A stretch of DNA of 63,999 nucleotides, the filler included, from Porpidia crustulata (taxonomy: Eukaryota): assembly GCA_964255105.1 (NCBI GenBank). It is 15 parts of 15 records of this genome, joined end to end, with 100 filler letters (N's around TTAATTAATTAA, not from the genome) between each part and the next. Parts side by side here need not be neighbours in the genome. Positions count along the whole stretch, not along the records: positions 60,052 to 63,999 come from CAXUWE010002192.1; 14 more parts are not named here. One strand, 5' to 3'. A program made the translations under genes and the position numbers. Shown here piece after piece: positions 63,997-63,999 of this stretch; the stretch's first letter is position 1; each line of letters opens with the position of its first letter. The notes beneath the pieces are model-generated. The model did no database searches. It saw only the letters and a program-made list of their open reading frames with translations, and was not told the DNA's origin.

Positions 63997-63999
63997 GGT

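Overview
Filamentous ascomycete (Pezizomycotina) genomic DNA with short GT-AG introns and CTRAC branch sites. It is not one locus: 15 unrelated contigs of about 4.2 kb are joined by 100-nt N spacers containing TTAATTAATTAA. Internal contig lengths fall steadily from 4218 to 4159 nt, so the pieces are size-sorted and adjacency across a spacer means nothing. Core genes: cyanide hydratase, eIF3b, a DEK/SWIB protein, CLC channel, RRP45, Rad26/ATRIP-like, CDS1, TCTP, SUR2, a Zn2Cys6 factor, a tandem-bromodomain protein, CKS1, an NNT1/EFM7-like methyltransferase, cyclophilin, and formamidase next to usgS. Accessory genes: two HET-domain genes, a HeLo-like/ankyrin gene, a patatin-fold gene, an SRPK-like kinase and an APH-like kinase; four of these carry a single disabling lesion. 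I found no convincing new multi-gene system. The best leads are a patatin lacking its catalytic Ser, an 8-bp duplication breaking the HeLo-like/ankyrin gene, a cyclophilin presequence with no in-frame AUG, the usgS-fmdS arrangement and an aberrant tRNA-like element. All family calls come from motif recognition by eye; no database search was run.
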